A stretch of 64,000 nt of DNA from an uncultured Gammaproteobacteria bacterium (GCA_964486685.1 CAZAOE010000003.1:5306-69305); one strand, 5' to 3'. Counted from the stretch's first letter, positions 18,698 to 28,899 are shown. Numbers and translations are program-made. Notes: generated by a model not told the origin, from the sequence alone.

Positions 18698-20449
18698 ATG
18701 CCCAAGAAAAAAATAAAATTAACTATTGATGGCAAAAAAATAACTGCTTTAACTGGACAGACCATTTTAAAAGTGGCTCAAAAAAATGGCATTAAAATAC
18801 CTACGCTTTGTTATCACGAAGATTTAAAACCCGAGGGTCGCTGTGGGGTTTGTGGAGTAGAAGTTAATGGAAAAATAAAAACCAGTTGCAATAATCTAAT
18901 TCAAGCGGGCATGATAATTAAGACCAATTCCAAAAAAGTTCAAGAATACAGAAAGACCAATGTTCAATTAGTTGGCTCTAATTTCGCCCGCGAAGAGGCC
19001 TTTAAAAAATGGTTGAAATTAGAAAACCTGCCCGATATTCAAGAACTGCGTTTTAAACCCAAAGAAAAAGAAAAAATAGATTGTTCGGCCTGTGATATTA
19101 GTATTGATTTTAGTAAATGCGTTTTATGCGGACGCTGTATTCAAAAATGTCGCGACACCCAAAGTGTTAATGCGATTTGTTTTGCCCAGCGCGCTAACGC
19201 TATGAAAGTCGGGACTTATTTTGATAAAAAAATTATTAATACTACTTGCGTGGGTTGTGGCCAATGCGCCTTAGTTTGTCCGACTGGAGCAATTAAAGAA
19301 AGAGATTATATTAACGAGGTAGAAAAGGCCTTAGCTGATAAAAAAAAGCATGTAATTATTCAAACTGCTCCGTCATTAAGAGTAGCTTTGGGTGAAGAAT
19401 TTAATTTACCAGCTGGTACCTTGGTTACTGGTCAAATGATTAACGCCTTAAGAAAATTGGGATTTGATAAAATTTTTGATACTAATTTTGGCGCTGACTT
19501 AACCATTATGGAAGAAGCCAATGAATTAATCTACAGAATTAAATCAAGCTCAAGTCAAAAAAATAACAAAGAAATGCCTATGTTTACTTCTTGTTGTCCT
19601 GGCTGGGTTAATTTTTTAGAAACTTTTTATCCAGAAATGAGAAAACATCTTTCTGCTTGCAAATCACCGCAACAAATGTTTGGGGCGATTGTTAAAACTT
19701 ATTATGCTCAAAAATTCAAAATAAATCCTCAAAATATAATTGTCGTTAGCGCGATGCCTTGTACGGCTAAAAAATATGAAGCCCGGCGTAAAGAAATGAA
19801 TAGTAGTGGATATCAAGACGTTGATTATGCTTTAACTACTAGAGAAATAGCTCGCTTGATTAAAAAGAAAAATATTGATTTTAAAAAATTAAAAAATGAA
19901 GAGTTTGATTTGCCCCTGGGTCAGGCCTCGGGCGGAGGAGCTATTTTTGGCGCCAGCGGTGGAGTCATGGAATCAGCTATTCGAACTGCTCATTATATCT
20001 TAACTGGCAAAGAATTTACCAAAGGTCTCGACCGAAGTGGAGAGAAAAATATTGAATATACTGCTGTCCGCGGAATTCAGGGCATTAAAAAAGCCACTAT
20101 TAAAATAGGGACTTTAAAATTAAATTTAGCTGTTGTGCAGGGTTTAGCCAATGCCCGCAAAATTTTAGCAGAAATTAAAAATAAAAAAGCCAAATATCAT
20201 TTTGTAGAAGTTATGGCTTGTCCGGGTGGCTGTATTGGCGGAGGAGGGCAACCCCAACCAACAACCATGGAAATTGTTAAAAAAAGAGCTAGCGCTATTT
20301 ATCAACAAGACCGAATTTTAAAATTCCGCCAGGCCCATAATAATCCGCAAATCCAACAATTATATCAAGAATTTCTCAAAAAGCCCTTAAGTAAAAAATC
20401 CCACAAATTATTACACACTACTTATAAAGATAAGAGTAAGAGAGTATAA
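18698..20449 (+). CDS. hydA: [FeFe]-hydrogenase catalytic subunit, group A
   Basis: H-cluster motifs TSCCPGW, MPCTAKKYE, EVMACPGGCIGGGGQP; N-terminal 2Fe-2S and two 4Fe-4S motifs. Confidence 0.95.
   Translation: MPKKKIKLTIDGKKITALTGQTILKVAQKNGIKIPTLCYHEDLKPEGRCGVCGVEVNGKIKTSCNNLIQAGMIIKTNSKKVQEYRKTNVQLVGSNFAREEAFKKWLKLENLPDIQELRFKPKEKEKIDCSACDISIDFSKCVLCGRCIQKCRDTQSVNAICFAQRANAMKVGTYFDKKIINTTCVGCGQCALVCPTGAIKERDYINEVEKALADKKKHVIIQTAPSLRVALGEEFNLPAGTLVTGQMINALRKLGFDKIFDTNFGADLTIMEEANELIYRIKSSSSQKNNKEMPMFTSCCPGWVNFLETFYPEMRKHLSACKSPQQMFGAIVKTYYAQKFKINPQNIIVVSAMPCTAKKYEARRKEMNSSGYQDVDYALTTREIARLIKKKNIDFKKLKNEEFDLPLGQASGGGAIFGASGGVMESAIRTAHYILTGKEFTKGLDRSGEKNIEYTAVRGIQGIKKATIKIGTLKLNLAVVQGLANARKILAEIKNKKAKYHFVEVMACPGGCIGGGGQPQPTTMEIVKKRASAIYQQDRILKFRQAHNNPQIQQLYQEFLKKPLSKKSHKLLHTTYKDKSKRV
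20019..20045 (+). repeat. 27-bp in-frame element CCAAAGGTCTCGACCGAAGTGGAGAGA inside hydA
   Basis: 26/27 identical to 50645-50671 in argS. Confidence 0.9.
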
Positions 20450-20458
20450 AAATTAATT

Positions 20459-21385
20459 TCATAAATTTCTAATAGCACCATAAACGCCATCTCTATTAAT
20501 GATGGTTTTATTATCTTCATTGGATGATATTTCTGCGAGTTCATCTTCTCTGTCTTTTTTAATCTGCACAAAAATTTGGTATAATTTTTCGTATTTTTCA
20601 ACTACGGCGGGTTGTTTAACTTTTTCAGCATAATCTCTAAAATATTGTGCTTGTTTAATTATTTCTTCTAAAATTATAATTTGCAATGGGTGCTTGGCCA
20701 ATAAATTACCTCTATTTTCATACCACAATGCAGTTACTGATTCTAAATTTTGACGATCAATTCCTAAAATAAATTTTGGTATACCAGTTTTTTCGCCCTT
20801 AAATTCTAAAAAATCTGACTCAAAATATTTTAATTTTCCTAATTCACCATTATTTATTTCTTTTTCAATTCTAGCTATTTTTTTATCTATATTTTGACTA
20901 AAAGTAGCATCAATAACCACAGCTAAATGGTCAGCTGTTCTATGTTGCCCCTCGCTTTCAATCTCTAAAATATCATCTATACTATTTACAAGATCATCAT
21001 ATTTGCAAGTACGTTTAGTGGTTATATTATCACCCAAATAGCAAGCCTGTTCTATTAATTCATGTAAAATTGCCTCCCAAATAGTAGCTATTTTAACATT
21101 TATTTCTTCTTCTTTTATATTTTTGGCTTTAATCTTTTCCTCTATTCTCTGAATAGTCTCCTTGTCTTTTTCCACGTTATATAAATGTTTAAACTCATCC
21201 ATATCAATGGTATCAATATTTAAAATTTTTACTGCCCGTTCATAACAATCTTGTAAAAATTTAGGGTCATCAAAAGTAAATCCTTCTTCATGATATTTTT
21301 TCTCTATCTTTAAAAAATTATCTTCCGCTTCTGATAAATCTAAACGATTATCATTTTTTAAATTTAATGTTTCTTTTTCATTCAT
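20459..21385 (-). CDS. Hypothetical protein
   Basis: 308-aa ORF, acidic; no motif recognised. Confidence 0.75.
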   Translation of the reverse strand: MNEKETLNLKNDNRLDLSEAEDNFLKIEKKYHEEGFTFDDPKFLQDCYERAVKILNIDTIDMDEFKHLYNVEKDKETIQRIEEKIKAKNIKEEEINVKIATIWEAILHELIEQACYLGDNITTKRTCKYDDLVNSIDDILEIESEGQHRTADHLAVVIDATFSQNIDKKIARIEKEINNGELGKLKYFESDFLEFKGEKTGIPKFILGIDRQNLESVTALWYENRGNLLAKHPLQIIILEEIIKQAQYFRDYAEKVKQPAVVEKYEKLYQIFVQIKKDREDELAEISSNEDNKTIINRDGVYGAIRNL

Positions 21386-21517
21386 ATTTTTAAAATTTAT
21401 TGATAAACTTATAAATACAATGTATTATAATTATAATACCTAAATTACATTAAAAATCAATAAGGTAAAAAACTAATAACCCAATTACCTACAACCTACC
21501 CCCTACAACCTAACCCT

Positions 21518-22612
21518 ATGGACGAAATCATCGACAAAATTCAAAAATTACAAACTAAAATAGCCCAAGCTATTAAATTTTTAGATATTAAAAAAATTAG
21601 CAATGAAATTAAATCTTTAGAATATGAAATGAATCAACCTGGATTTTGGGATAATCAAAATAAAGCCAAACAGCAATCCCAGCGTTTAAAACATTTACAA
21701 GCACAATTAAGTAATTGGCAATCCCTAAAAAAAGAAAATAGCGAGCTTTTAGAAATAGCCCGATTAGACAAAGACGATAAAAGCGTCAATTTACTGCAAG
21801 AAATAACCGATAAATATTATCTGTTAGAAAAAAAATTCAAGCAACAAGAAATAGTTTTATTTTTTAAAGAAAAATATGATCCTAACGATGCCATAATCAC
21901 AATATTTGCTGGTGCTGGCGGAACTGAATCGCAGGACTGGGTCGCCATGCTGCTAAGAATGTATTTAAGATTTTTTGAAAATATGGGCTGGAAAGCAAAA
22001 ATTATTGACGAATCCAAAGGAGAAGAGGTCGGATATAAAAGTGTGACATTGGAAATAAAAGGTAATTTTGTTTATGGCTATTTAAAAATAGAAGATGGGG
22101 TACACAGATTGGTTCGTTTATCTCCTTTTGATGCTGACCATGCCCGCCACACTTCTTTTGCTATGGTAGAAATTTTTCCAGAAATAGAAGAAACCGAAAT
22201 CAAAATTGAAGAAGATACCTTAAGAATTGATGTTTTTAAATCTTCAGGCAAGGGCGGACAAGGAGTAAACACAACCGACTCCGCAGTCAGAATCACTCAT
22301 CTTCCTACTGGAATTGTAGTTACTTGTCAAAATGAACGTTCCCAATTACAAAACAAGGAACAAGCCATAAAATATCTCCAGGCCAAATTGACTAAATACA
22401 ATGAAGAGAAATCTGAAGAGGAGCGCAAAAAAATTCAAGGTGAGGTTCAGGCAGCCGCCTGGGGTAATCAAATTCGTTCTTATGTTTTACATCCTTATAA
22501 AATGATAAAGGACTTGCGTAGTAAACACGAAACTGACCAAGTCGATCAGGTTCTAGACGGAGATATTTTACTTTTTATTGAAAGTGTATTGAGAATGGAA
22601 AAAAATGATTAA
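21518..22612 (+). CDS. prfB: Peptide chain release factor 2 (no programmed frameshift)
   Basis: GAGGTESQDW, SPF, GGQ, WGNQIRSY in one uninterrupted ORF. Confidence 0.96.
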   Translation: MDEIIDKIQKLQTKIAQAIKFLDIKKISNEIKSLEYEMNQPGFWDNQNKAKQQSQRLKHLQAQLSNWQSLKKENSELLEIARLDKDDKSVNLLQEITDKYYLLEKKFKQQEIVLFFKEKYDPNDAIITIFAGAGGTESQDWVAMLLRMYLRFFENMGWKAKIIDESKGEEVGYKSVTLEIKGNFVYGYLKIEDGVHRLVRLSPFDADHARHTSFAMVEIFPEIEETEIKIEEDTLRIDVFKSSGKGGQGVNTTDSAVRITHLPTGIVVTCQNERSQLQNKEQAIKYLQAKLTKYNEEKSEEERKKIQGEVQAAAWGNQIRSYVLHPYKMIKDLRSKHETDQVDQVLDGDILLFIESVLRMEKND

Positions 22613-23807
22613 AAATAGAAAACAAAAATTAGAAAAAAATTTTAGTCTGATATTTTGGTCTCAGGCTTTTTTAACTATGAGAATGTTTAGTATTATCAGT
22701 ACTTTATTTTTTCTACATCGCGGATTAGGATTATCACAAATATTTTATTTATCTATAACTTGGGCTATTGTCAATTTACTTTTTGAAATTCCTTCCAGCT
22801 ATTTAGCTGACAAATGGGGTCGAAAAAAAACCCTAATCATAGGTGCTTTATTTAATATATTAAGTTGGATAATTTTAATATTTGCTAAAGATATATATAT
22901 TTTTATAATAGCTTTCGTTTTTACTAGCTTGCAATATGCTTGTTTTTCCGGAACAACAGACGCTCTAATATATGACAGTAATAAAGAATTGGACAAAGAG
23001 AGTAGTAGTCTAAAAAGATTAGGAAACCTTTATTCCGCTCGACATTTATTTAAAATTATTGGGCCGATTATAGCTGTGTTAATAGCTAAAAATTTAAGTG
23101 GATCTCAATTTATTGCTGTATTAATTTTAGACCTCATGGCTGCTACAATTGCCTTTATAATTATCACTAAACTCACCGAAGCCAACCATTATATGGACTT
23201 AGAAAAACAAGAAGCTGGCGTTATTAAAGATGCTTGGAAATTGATAAAAAAAGATTGGCAATTAATAAGGGCAATACTAAGTCGGGTACTAATGTTCATT
23301 TCCATTTTCATTATATGGAGATTTCATCAAAAATTTTTTACTAACCTCGGTATATCAATTATTGCTTTAGGAATTACTGCCGCAGGTATTAATCTAGTAA
23401 TTTTTATATTCAATCAAAATATAATAAAATTCGTAAATCCAAAAAATCTAATAAAAAAAATAAATATATTAAATTATTCTATAACATTTTTCTTAACTAT
23501 ATTTGTAGTGAGTATATTTGTATTTCCAAACAAATATTGGCTTCTTGTTTTATATGGTCTAATCCTTCTCCCAGAAGTAGCGCGTTGGCCACTATATTCT
23601 GAGCTATATAATAAAAAAAGTTTTTCTTTTAATAGGGCCACAACATTATCTTTGTCAAACTTGTTAAAAAGCATTTTAGACATACCTTTATTATTTATAG
23701 CATCCGTGTTAATAGGCATTAATATAATTTATCCATTCATGCTTGCATTAGTATTGGCTATTATAGTAATAATATTTTTCCGTATTCCAAAAACAATAAA
23801 AACTTGA
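22605..23807 (+). CDS. MFS transporter
   Basis: FEIPSSYLADKWGRK motif A; about 12 TM helices. Confidence 0.9.
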   Translation: MIKNRKQKLEKNFSLIFWSQAFLTMRMFSIISTLFFLHRGLGLSQIFYLSITWAIVNLLFEIPSSYLADKWGRKKTLIIGALFNILSWIILIFAKDIYIFIIAFVFTSLQYACFSGTTDALIYDSNKELDKESSSLKRLGNLYSARHLFKIIGPIIAVLIAKNLSGSQFIAVLILDLMAATIAFIIITKLTEANHYMDLEKQEAGVIKDAWKLIKKDWQLIRAILSRVLMFISIFIIWRFHQKFFTNLGISIIALGITAAGINLVIFIFNQNIIKFVNPKNLIKKINILNYSITFFLTIFVVSIFVFPNKYWLLVLYGLILLPEVARWPLYSELYNKKSFSFNRATTLSLSNLLKSILDIPLLFIASVLIGINIIYPFMLALVLAIIVIIFFRIPKTIKT

Positions 23808-23940
23808 TTTTTTTCTAAAAAGTAATAAGATATAAACAAGAAATTATATAATTTCTAAGGGTCGCAATTTTGCCTGCCTGTTCGGAGCTAAAACTCCATT
23901 CAGCGTAGACAAGGCGATCTTTTTTTATTTACTAAAAACT

Positions 23941-24441
23941 ATGAATTTTAAAAAAATACCAATTATATATCACATTGTTTGGGCAACTCACAGCACTAGA
24001 ATGTCAAAAAGAATGAAAAAATATAAGATAAAATTAAAAAATCCCATATACCTCGACATTAATATGAGATATGAGATTACGAAATATTTAATCAAAATTA
24101 TCAAAGAAGACAAAATTAATATATTGGCTCTCAACGTCTTACACCATCATGTACATTTAATTCTGATTTGTTTTAAATGGAAAAGAGATAATATTGTCCG
24201 CAAATTAAAAGGTAAAACAACTCAATTATATAAAAACAAACATAATATAAAAAAAGAATTCCACCTTTGGCAACAAAAATATAATCACAAAATAATAGAA
24301 TCTGAAGAGCAACTATATAACACCATAAATTATGTTAAAAATAATCATATTAAACACAACATATCTGTCCACAAGGGGTTGCAACCCCTTGTAAAAAAAG
24401 TTTTGTGTCCTGTCGAAGAAATGTATAAAAAAATAGATTAG
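23941..24441 (+). mobile_element. Y1 HUH transposase (IS200 TnpA / REP-associated RAYT-like)
   Basis: YHIVWAT, HUH (HVH), LKG, LWQ, Y..NN; REP-like palindromes at its 3' end. Confidence 0.8.
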
Positions 24442-24508
24442 TGTTAATTTAAAAACTAACTAACTAGACAGATATGATCAAAAACCTTGGGGTTGCAGCC
24501 CCTTGTGG
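24368..24508. repeat. Inverted REP doublet (TCCACAAGGGGTTGCAACCCC)
   Basis: Perfect 22-bp palindrome at 24371-24392 and an inverted second copy at 24488-24508. Confidence 0.75.
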
Positions 24509-24646
24509 AAAAAGCTCTGTGTTCTGTAAAAAATATATTAGGATATAAAAAATTAGAATAATAAACAAACGATTGGGCGGATATATTGTTTTTCTCTAAT
24601 AAACAATCATTAAAATTTTACCAATACCTAATTATCAATAACTAAC

Positions 24647-26017
24647 ATGAAATATTCAACCCGAAATTTAATCATTGGTAGTTTATTTATTTTAAACATA
24701 ATTATTGCCAATCATTTTGGATTATTAGATAAAATTGACCAAGAAGATGATTCTAAAATATGGTTTTATAACTCCCATGGTTTTGAATTTAAAAATCATC
24801 AAAAATATACTTATCAAGGAATAATCATCTCGCCTCCTGATACCAGAATGGACCATCAAAAAATTAAACTTAAAACCACTCAATTACTTGAACCAGTTAA
24901 AAAAGAAATATTTGGCAATATATTAGTTAAAATTCCTTTATATCCCCCCTGCGAATACGGAGATAAAGTGGAAATTACCAGTTTTTTAATCCAGCCCGAA
25001 CCAATAGAGGATTTTAGATATGATAAATATTTAGCTAAAGAAAATATTTATTCTCTGGGCTATGGCGCACGAATTAAATTATTAGAAAAAAACAAAGGCA
25101 ATTCAATTTTAAAAATTATTTATAGAATCAGACAAAATATCTCTGAACAAATTAATCAACTCTGGCCCGAACCAACGGCCTCTTTTGTTAATAGCATTTT
25201 ACTGGGATATAAAAAAGCCATGTCCGAAGATTTAAAAGAGGAATTTCGCCGCGCTGGAGTTGCCCACATCATCGTTATTTCTGGACTACATATTACTTTA
25301 ATTACTTTATTACTTTCTAAAATACTTTATGGCTTAAAAATTAAACGCACCCGGCAATTACCTTTTATTTTAATTTTCCTACTTTTCTTTATTTTCTTAT
25401 CTGGCTTCTCGGCCTCAACTTTGCGCGCCAGTTTAATGGGCTTAATTGTTTTACTTAGTCAAAATATCGGTCGCCACCTGCAAAAACACCTAATTTTACT
25501 TTATACAGCTATAATCATTTTAATTATTAATCCTTTATTATTATTCTATGATCTGGGTTTTCAATTAAGTTTTTTGGCCACGATTGGCTTAATCTATCTT
25601 TCTCCTTTATTTCAAAAACTATTTAAATTTCTACCGAAAAAAATGGAAATTCAAAGCACTTTTATCTCCAGCTTCTCTGCTATTATCATGACTCTGCCCC
25701 TAAGCATTAAGCAATTTAAAACTATTTCTATTTTAGCGCCAATTGCCAATCTCTTGGTCTTACCTTTAATCCCAATTTTAATGTTTTTTAGCTTTTTAAG
25801 TATTTTGATTTCTTATTTAAACTTCGCTCTGGCAAAATATTTTGGCCTTCTGCAATACATCTTATCCAAGGTATTGTTTGAAATTATTAATAATATCTCC
25901 ACAATAAAATTTGCCAGTATCAATATAAACAATTTTAATAATTTAAATTTAATCTTAAGCTACGGCTTAATTATTAGCTTATTAATTTATGTCCAGCAGA
26001 AAAAAAATAATAACTAA
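24647..26017 (+). CDS. comEC: ComEC/Rec2 competence protein, membrane domain
   Basis: OB-like N-terminal part; GVAHIIVISGLH, SASTLRA, DLGFQLSFLAT. Confidence 0.92.
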   Translation: MKYSTRNLIIGSLFILNIIIANHFGLLDKIDQEDDSKIWFYNSHGFEFKNHQKYTYQGIIISPPDTRMDHQKIKLKTTQLLEPVKKEIFGNILVKIPLYPPCEYGDKVEITSFLIQPEPIEDFRYDKYLAKENIYSLGYGARIKLLEKNKGNSILKIIYRIRQNISEQINQLWPEPTASFVNSILLGYKKAMSEDLKEEFRRAGVAHIIVISGLHITLITLLLSKILYGLKIKRTRQLPFILIFLLFFIFLSGFSASTLRASLMGLIVLLSQNIGRHLQKHLILLYTAIIILIINPLLLFYDLGFQLSFLATIGLIYLSPLFQKLFKFLPKKMEIQSTFISSFSAIIMTLPLSIKQFKTISILAPIANLLVLPLIPILMFFSFLSILISYLNFALAKYFGLLQYILSKVLFEIINNISTIKFASININNFNNLNLILSYGLIISLLIYVQQKKNNN

Positions 26018-26189
26018 AAAATATGTTTCCCGCGCCCTACAAAACATTTAGCCAGAATTTAAAATAAATGCCTTTAAAGATTTTAACAGCTCCCCTCCTC
26101 AGACGAGGAGGGGATTAAGGGGTGGTGTTGATTAAAGTCTTAAACTTAGCTATCTGAAAAAATAATAATTAATTAAAATCTAAAAAATT

Positions 26190-27029
26190 ATGTTTAAAAA
26201 AAATAAAATCGTTATTATCATTATCCTCATCATCGTTGCTATTTTTTATTATCACTTTGAAGATAAATCAAATTTTCTTCGGGTTTGTTTTTTTGATGTC
26301 GGACAAGGAGATTCAATTTTGATTAAAACCCCTCAAGGAAAAAACGTCCTCATTGACGGCGGACCCAGCGCTGAATTAATTCAAAAACTCGGTCCAGAAC
26401 ATGCTTATAAAAACCATCAAATAGATATTTTAATTTTAACTCATGCCCACGCTGATCATTATTACGGACTGATTGAGGTAGTCAAAAGATACAAAATCAA
26501 ATTAATTCTCTGGTGCGGAATTGATGCTCATAATTATGACTACTTATATTTTAAAAATTTAATTAAAGATCTGAATACTAAAATAGCTATTTTAGGACAA
26601 GAATATTTATTAACAAATAATTTAAAAATCAAAATTTTCTATCCTACTCATTATCTTAATGAAGAGGAAGCCACAGATTTAAATAATACTTCTGTTGCTT
26701 TAATTCTAAGTTATAAAAATATAAATTTTTTTCTAGCTGGTGATTTAACTTGTGAGGGTGAGACCGAAATTATTAAACAAAACCTAAATCTTCAAGCTGA
26801 AATCTACAAGGCCAGCCATCATGGTTCGCGCTGGTCAAATTGCGCTTATATTTTAGATAAAATAAATCCTGAAATGGCTATCATTCAATCTAGAATTGAC
26901 AATACCTTTGGACACCCTCATCAAGAAACACTTGATAGATTAAATAACAGAAATATTGAAATATTGCGCAATGATGAATTGGGTGATATTTGGATATATA
27001 GTGATGGTTTAAAATTTTGGCTACCTTGA
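26190..27029 (+). CDS. ComEC-like metallo-beta-lactamase domain protein
   Basis: FFDVGQGDS, LIDGG, THAHADH, NNTS, HHGS, FGHPH. Confidence 0.9.
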   Translation: MFKKNKIVIIIILIIVAIFYYHFEDKSNFLRVCFFDVGQGDSILIKTPQGKNVLIDGGPSAELIQKLGPEHAYKNHQIDILILTHAHADHYYGLIEVVKRYKIKLILWCGIDAHNYDYLYFKNLIKDLNTKIAILGQEYLLTNNLKIKIFYPTHYLNEEEATDLNNTSVALILSYKNINFFLAGDLTCEGETEIIKQNLNLQAEIYKASHHGSRWSNCAYILDKINPEMAIIQSRIDNTFGHPHQETLDRLNNRNIEILRNDELGDIWIYSDGLKFWLP

Positions 27030-27058
27030 ATTCTAAAAAACTTATGCTATACTATAAT

Positions 27059-27218
27059 AAACTTGTCGTGCAATAATCTTACTACTGCAATTTCCATATT
27101 TTGGCTAAATTCATAAAAAATCTTTTCCATATAGCTCTAGCTAAATCTCAAAGATTATTTTAATAATTTATCTCAAAATCTGAAAATTTCGTTACGTAAT
27201 TTATCACACAACAAGTTT
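27059..27218. repeat. About 160-bp imperfect palindromic MITE-like element
   Basis: AAACTTGTCGTG.AATAA ... TTATCACACAACAAGTTT ends with nested internal complementarity around ATAGCTCTAGCTA. Confidence 0.55.
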
Positions 27219-27270
27219 AATAAGATTTTAAAAAATCTATATTTTAATATTAGTAAATAAATTAAAAATT

Positions 27271-27651
27271 ATGTCTGAACAAAAAACAAAAGTTCTAATT
27301 ATAGAAGATGAGGAAATATTGGTTAATATGTATAAATCTAAATTTGAAAAAGAGGGCTTTGAGGTATGTCAAGCCCTCAATGGAAAAGATGGACTAGATC
27401 AAGTAAAAGAAAATAAACCAGATATAATATTATTAGATATTATTATGCCAGAAATGGACGGATTTATGGTTTTAAAAGATTTAAAATCCAATCCAGAAAC
27501 TCAAAATATTCCAGTAATTATGTTAACTAATTTAGGTCAAGAAGAAGACATTGAAAAAGGCAAAGAATTAGGAGCCAAGGATTATTTGCTTAAGGTTGAC
27601 TCAACCCCAAATCAAGTAGTGGAAAAAGTTAAAGAAATACTTAAAAAATAA
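27271..27651 (+). CDS. Single-domain response regulator (CheY-like)
   Basis: LIIEDE, PDIILLDIIMPEMDG, MLTN, K. Confidence 0.92.
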   Translation: MSEQKTKVLIIEDEEILVNMYKSKFEKEGFEVCQALNGKDGLDQVKENKPDIILLDIIMPEMDGFMVLKDLKSNPETQNIPVIMLTNLGQEEDIEKGKELGAKDYLLKVDSTPNQVVEKVKEILKK

Positions 27652-27662
27652 ATTAATAATTA

Positions 27663-28265
27663 GTGATAAAAAATATGGAAAACCCCAAACAGGAAAAAAC
27701 ATTTTTAATGGTTAAGCCCGATGGAGTAATCAGGGGATTAACGGGCCAAATTATTGAAAGAATAGAACAAAGAGGACTAAAGATAGTTGCCTTACAAATG
27801 TTTAGGCCTACATATGAACAAATGGATAATCATTATTCTAAAGACGAAAAGTGGATTGAAAGATTAGGTGAAAAAACTTTAGCTACTTATGAAAAATATG
27901 GATATGATGCTGTTAAAGAAATAGGTACAAAAAACAAATTAGAAATAGGAAAAAAGGTTAGAAAATGGTTAATTGATTTTATGACCTCAGCCCCTTTAAT
28001 CAAAATGGTGATTCAGGGAGTACATGCCGTAGATATGGTTCGAAAATTAGCTGGACCAACTATGCCTTCTATGGCTGAAATGGGAACTATTCGCGGAGAT
28101 TTTTCCGTGGATTCTCCAGCAGCCGCCAATAAAGACCACCGGGCAGTCCGAAATATAATTCATGCTTCTGAAACTCCCGAAGAAGCCGAACACGAAATCA
28201 GTCATTGGTTTTCTCCGGAAGAAATACATGAATATAAAAGAAGTATAGACGGCATTGCTTTTTAA
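27663..28265 (+). CDS. ndk: Nucleoside diphosphate kinase (start may be ATG at 27675)
   Basis: EKTFLMVKPDG, GTIRGDF, NIIHAS. Confidence 0.93.
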   Translation: MIKNMENPKQEKTFLMVKPDGVIRGLTGQIIERIEQRGLKIVALQMFRPTYEQMDNHYSKDEKWIERLGEKTLATYEKYGYDAVKEIGTKNKLEIGKKVRKWLIDFMTSAPLIKMVIQGVHAVDMVRKLAGPTMPSMAEMGTIRGDFSVDSPAAANKDHRAVRNIIHASETPEEAEHEISHWFSPEEIHEYKRSIDGIAF

Positions 28266-28362
28266 AAAAATTAAATATAAATAAGCTACCACCAGTTAAA
28301 CGCTGGTGGTTTTGTTATTTGATTAGAATTATATTAATCAATATTTATAATATTCGTATTTC

Positions 28363-28489
28363 TGCGCCATTACAAAAATTTAGCTACAATTCGAATGACA
28401 AGTAATAGAATTTCTATGAGAAATAAGAATGACGAATATTGAAATTCATTGCTCGGAATGATGAATTGTCTAAATTTTTGTACAGGCGC
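28363..28489. repeat. About 125-bp MITE-like inverted-repeat element
   Basis: GCGCC..TACAAAAATTTAG..ACAATTC ... GAATTGTCTAAATTTTTGTA..GGCGC. Confidence 0.6.
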
Positions 28490-28500
28490 GACTTTTTGGC

Positions 28501-28526
28501 TCCACCTTTTTCTAGAAAAAGGTGGA
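28501..28526. repeat. Perfect 26-bp palindrome TCCACCTTTTTCTAGAAAAAGGTGGA
   Basis: Direct reading; shares the CACCTTTT core with the MITE family. Confidence 0.7.
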
Positions 28527-28689
28527 AAAAGAAAAAGAATATGCGAATACTTTATTAAAATATTAATACTTAACTATCTAACGAAACAATACTTAGTTAA
28601 AATCGTTATTACTTAGTTATTAATTTTAACTTCAAAACCAACCAAACTTGATACTTTTTTCTTATAAAAATAAACCCTCAGTGGGATTA

Positions 28690-28718
28690 TTGTTTTTGTA
28701 AAACAAAAGTGCTATAAT
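28690..28718 (+). promoter_or_regulatory. Sigma70-type promoter of the candidate ncRNA
   Basis: TTGTTT-17-TATAAT with extended -10 TG; predicted +1 at about 28725. Confidence 0.65.
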
Positions 28719-28724
28719 ATAAAC

Positions 28725-28899
28725 ATGCCTAGAAAATCAGTATATGGAAGACTTTGATTTAACATTGGGAGTTCGGGTAATTTAAAACTGAGGTTTTAAA
28801 TTCAGAACTTAACCCACTATTATGGTTTTTGAGGCTTCCAATATCCAACTGATATTTTAGGCATTTTCAAAACTGGGCTTTCCTGCCCGGTTTTCTTTT
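28725..28899 (+). ncRNA. Candidate 6S RNA-like rod-shaped RNA
   Basis: Closing stem ATGCCTAGAAAATCAGT/ACTGATATTTTAGGCAT, TGGAAG/CTTCCA, central unpaired bubble, apical TTTAAAAC-TGAG-GTTTTAAA stem, then terminator 28869-28899; no ORF. Confidence 0.6.

Noticed and set aside
21575-21600. Programmed +1 frameshift in prfB
   Set aside because: The site reads TTT TTA GAT in frame; there is no CTT TGA slippery stop and the ORF is continuous
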